The notes beneath the pieces were generated by a model. The model did no database searches. It was given only the letters and a program-made list of their open reading frames with translations, and was not told the origin of the DNA. From the NCBI GenBank assembly GCA_034676125.1, contig JAUCCO010000003.1, positions 1 to 62,896 of the forward strand: DNA of 62,896 nucleotides, in the 5' to 3' direction. How positions within the stretch are numbered: position 1 is the stretch's first letter; every line of letters begins with the position of its first letter. The stretch is from Bacteroidia bacterium (lineage in GTDB: Bacteria; Bacteroidota; Bacteroidia; UKL13-3). The position numbers and the translations under genes were made by a program. This document shows positions 59,159-62,896 of this stretch, in pieces.

Positions 59159-59653
59159 ATGGAATTAGTTACTCCAAGTATCGGTTTAGTAGTTTGGTCT
59201 ACCTTATCGTTTCTTATATTAATGTTTTTGCTTACCAAGTTTGCTTGGAAACCAATTACTGCATCATTAAAAGAACGTGAAGACAGCATTGAAAATGCAC
59301 TTAAGCAAGCAGAAGCTGCTAGAGAGCAAATGCAACTATTAAAAAATGACAACGAGCGTTTATTAAATGAAGCACGTGCTGAAAGAGATCGTTTGTTAAA
59401 AGAAGCAAGTGAAATTAAAGACCAAATTTTAGCTAAAGCAAAAAATGATGCTAAGGTTGAAGGTGATAAAATGATTGCTGCTGCTAAAGATGCAATTAAC
59501 TTAGAAAAAACAAATGCAATGCACGAGTTAAAATCTCAGGTTGCACAATTATCTGTTGATATGGCCGAAAAAGTATTACGCCACCAATTAGCAGATCGCG
59601 CACAACAAGAAGCATTTGTAAACGAAAACTTAAAATCAATTAGCTTAAACTAA
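59159..59653 (+). CDS. atpF: ATP synthase F0 subunit b
   Basis: N-terminal TM helix, KFAWKPI...L.ERE..I and a long coiled coil. Confidence 0.97.
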   Translation: MELVTPSIGLVVWSTLSFLILMFLLTKFAWKPITASLKEREDSIENALKQAEAAREQMQLLKNDNERLLNEARAERDRLLKEASEIKDQILAKAKNDAKVEGDKMIAAAKDAINLEKTNAMHELKSQVAQLSVDMAEKVLRHQLADRAQQEAFVNENLKSISLN

Positions 59654-59654
59654 C

Positions 59655-60206
59655 ATGTCAGAATACAGGGTAGCCAGCAGATATGCCAAATCTATTTTAG
59701 AACTAGCTATTGAGCAAAAGAGCCTTGAAGCTGTGTTAAGCGACATGAAAACTTTTGCTAATGTGGTTGCTAACAGTAAAGAACTAGTGTTATTATTAAC
59801 CAGTCCTATTATTAATGGCGATAAAAAACTTTCGGTTATTAAAAGTGTATTCGAAAAACAATTTACACCTTTAACCATTAAGTTTTTTGAAATTATTATT
59901 CGCAAAAAGCGTGAAAAATACTTAGCTGCAATTGCTGATGGATTTATTGAGCAATACATGGTTTTAAATAACATGGCAAATGCCACAGTAAAATCGGCAG
60001 TACAGCTTAGTGATGATGTGCTTAACGAAATTAAAGGACACATTGAAAGCCAAACAGGCAAAAAAATAAACCTAAAAGCAACCGTTTCGCCAGATTTAAT
60101 TGGTGGTGTGGTAGTGCAAGTAGGCGATAAGTTATTTGATGCAAGTATATCAGGTAAACTTAGCAAACTAAAACAAGAATTATTAAACAGTTACATTTCT
60201 AAATAA
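59655..60206 (+). CDS. atpH: ATP synthase F1 subunit delta
   Basis: [12 protein letters not shown]...[17 protein letters not shown]. Confidence 0.97.
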   Translation: MSEYRVASRYAKSILELAIEQKSLEAVLSDMKTFANVVANSKELVLLLTSPIINGDKKLSVIKSVFEKQFTPLTIKFFEIIIRKKREKYLAAIADGFIEQYMVLNNMANATVKSAVQLSDDVLNEIKGHIESQTGKKINLKATVSPDLIGGVVVQVGDKLFDASISGKLSKLKQELLNSYISK

Positions 60207-60213
60207 ACAATTT

Positions 60214-61791
<1,578 letters not shown>

Positions 61792-61798
61792 TTTGAAG

Positions 61799-61849
61799 AT
61801 GTGTTTTTGTGGACCTAGCGATTTTTAAATTGTAGCCACAAAAACACAT
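61799..61849 (+). other. Long intercistronic hairpin between atpA and atpG
   Basis: 14-bp perfect stem ATGTGTTTTTGTGG/CCACAAAAACACAT with additional inner pairing. Confidence 0.7.
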
Positions 61850-61909
61850 TTCATATAAATACCCGTTGCCAAAAGCAATAAAGTATTTACACAACATTAC
61901 ATTAACAAA

Positions 61910-62788
61910 ATGGCCAATTTAAAAGAAGTACGTACTCGTATCACTTCGGTTTCATCAACCCAGCAAATTACCAAGGCTATGAAATTGGTAAGTGCTACTA
62001 AATTGCGTAGGGCGCAAAATGCCATTATACAAATGCGTCCTTATGCATTAAAACTAAATGGTATTTTAGCTAACTTAGCAGATAGCGTTGAAGTAGACTC
62101 GTTAAAAGTATATTTTGAACCACGTAAAGTTAAAAAAGTATTACTTGTAGTTATTACCAGTGATAGAGGTTTGTGTGGTGGTTTTAATAGCAATGTTATT
62201 AAACTAACCAACCAATTGGTTAAAGAAAAATATGCTGGCAAAGACATTACAATATTGCCAATAGGGAAAAAAGGTGGTGAGTTTTTTGCGAGAACCAACA
62301 TTACGGTTAATGCAGATTTTAGAGATACCTTTTTAGACTTAAATGGTAATAACAGTTTTAAAATTGGTGAGTTTTTACTTGATGTTTATAAAAACAATAA
62401 GTATGATGCAATTGATTTGGTGTACAACCAATTTAAAAATGCAGCAACCGTAATTTTAACTAACGAGCCTTTTTTACCAATAAATGTAACTAACATTAAC
62501 GGTGAAACTAGCACAGGTAAAAAGAACGATTACATTTTTGAACCTTCGAGTGTGGAGATTTTAGAGGAGTTAATTCCTAGAATTTTAAAAACACAATTGT
62601 ACCGTGCATTATTAGATTCGTTTGCATCTGAACACGGTGCGCGAATGGTAGCAATGGATAAAGCAACCGAAAACGCAGGCGACTTATTAAAGAGTTTAAA
62701 AGTAGAATACAACCGTGCACGCCAAGCAGCCATTACAACCGAAATTTCGGAAATTGTGAGTGGAGCAGCAGCACAAAGCGGAGGTTAA
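61910..62788 (+). CDS. atpG: ATP synthase F1 subunit gamma
   Basis: QQITKAMKLVSATK, TSDRGLCGGFN, SEHGARMVAM and NRARQAAITTEISEI. Confidence 0.99.
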   Translation: MANLKEVRTRITSVSSTQQITKAMKLVSATKLRRAQNAIIQMRPYALKLNGILANLADSVEVDSLKVYFEPRKVKKVLLVVITSDRGLCGGFNSNVIKLTNQLVKEKYAGKDITILPIGKKGGEFFARTNITVNADFRDTFLDLNGNNSFKIGEFLLDVYKNNKYDAIDLVYNQFKNAATVILTNEPFLPINVTNINGETSTGKKNDYIFEPSSVEILEELIPRILKTQLYRALLDSFASEHGARMVAMDKATENAGDLLKSLKVEYNRARQAAITTEISEIVSGAAAQSGG

Positions 62789-62811
62789 TTATTAACCCAT
62801 ACCTTATTAAA

Positions 62812-62846
62812 AGCCGTTATAACTTTATAGTTGTAACGGCTGTTTT
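62812..62846 (+). terminator. Intrinsic terminator after atpG
   Basis: 13-bp stem AGCCGTTATAACT/AGTTGTAACGGCT followed by GTTTT. Confidence 0.75.
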
Positions 62847-62896
62847 AGTTAGTTTTTTTGTGAATTCGAGTGATTGCTGAAAGGCCCAACTCCTAC

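Noticed and set aside
62789-62896. atpD and atpC missing from the atp operon
   Set aside because: A split operon with atpD-atpC elsewhere is normal in many Bacteroidota, and a terminator follows atpG.

Overview
AT-rich bacterial chromosome segment, almost certainly Bacteroidota. Evidence: T9SS C-terminal sorting domains, TAnnTTTG -7 promoter boxes, rpsF-rpsR-rplI without ssb, and an atp operon split from atpD/atpC. I saw no rRNA, tRNA, CRISPR array, transposase or integrase. Housekeeping genes (efp, rpsF/rpsR/rplI, rsmG, tnaA, aspA, bcp, atpBEFHAG and others) alternate with accessory blocks. (1) 1-11.8 kb: a HisKA_2 kinase and REC-PAS-LytTR regulator sit ahead of a tightly coupled three-gene operon encoding a beta-barrel, a 2187-aa beta-rich giant protein and an Fn3-repeat protein. 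None has a canonical T9SS signal, which makes this my best candidate for an uncharacterised envelope or secretion system. (2) 14.8-18 kb: a Fic gene and an ORFan embedded among dispersed structured repeats. (3) 20.6-27.2 kb: a 2193-aa T9SS adhesin-like protein. (4) 32.6-37.6 kb: a lipoprotein followed by an attC-like hairpin, an HNH nuclease and a fused type IIG-like restriction-methylase. (5) 50.7-54.1 kb: an OmpR-type two-component system with HAEPLYID-like and PepSY-like genes; three promoters here share an 18-bp operator-like motif. (6) 54.3-56.4 kb: an M23 peptidase lacking its catalytic domain, separated from bactofilin by a T9SS cargo gene. Family names come from motif recognition and memory; no database searches were run.
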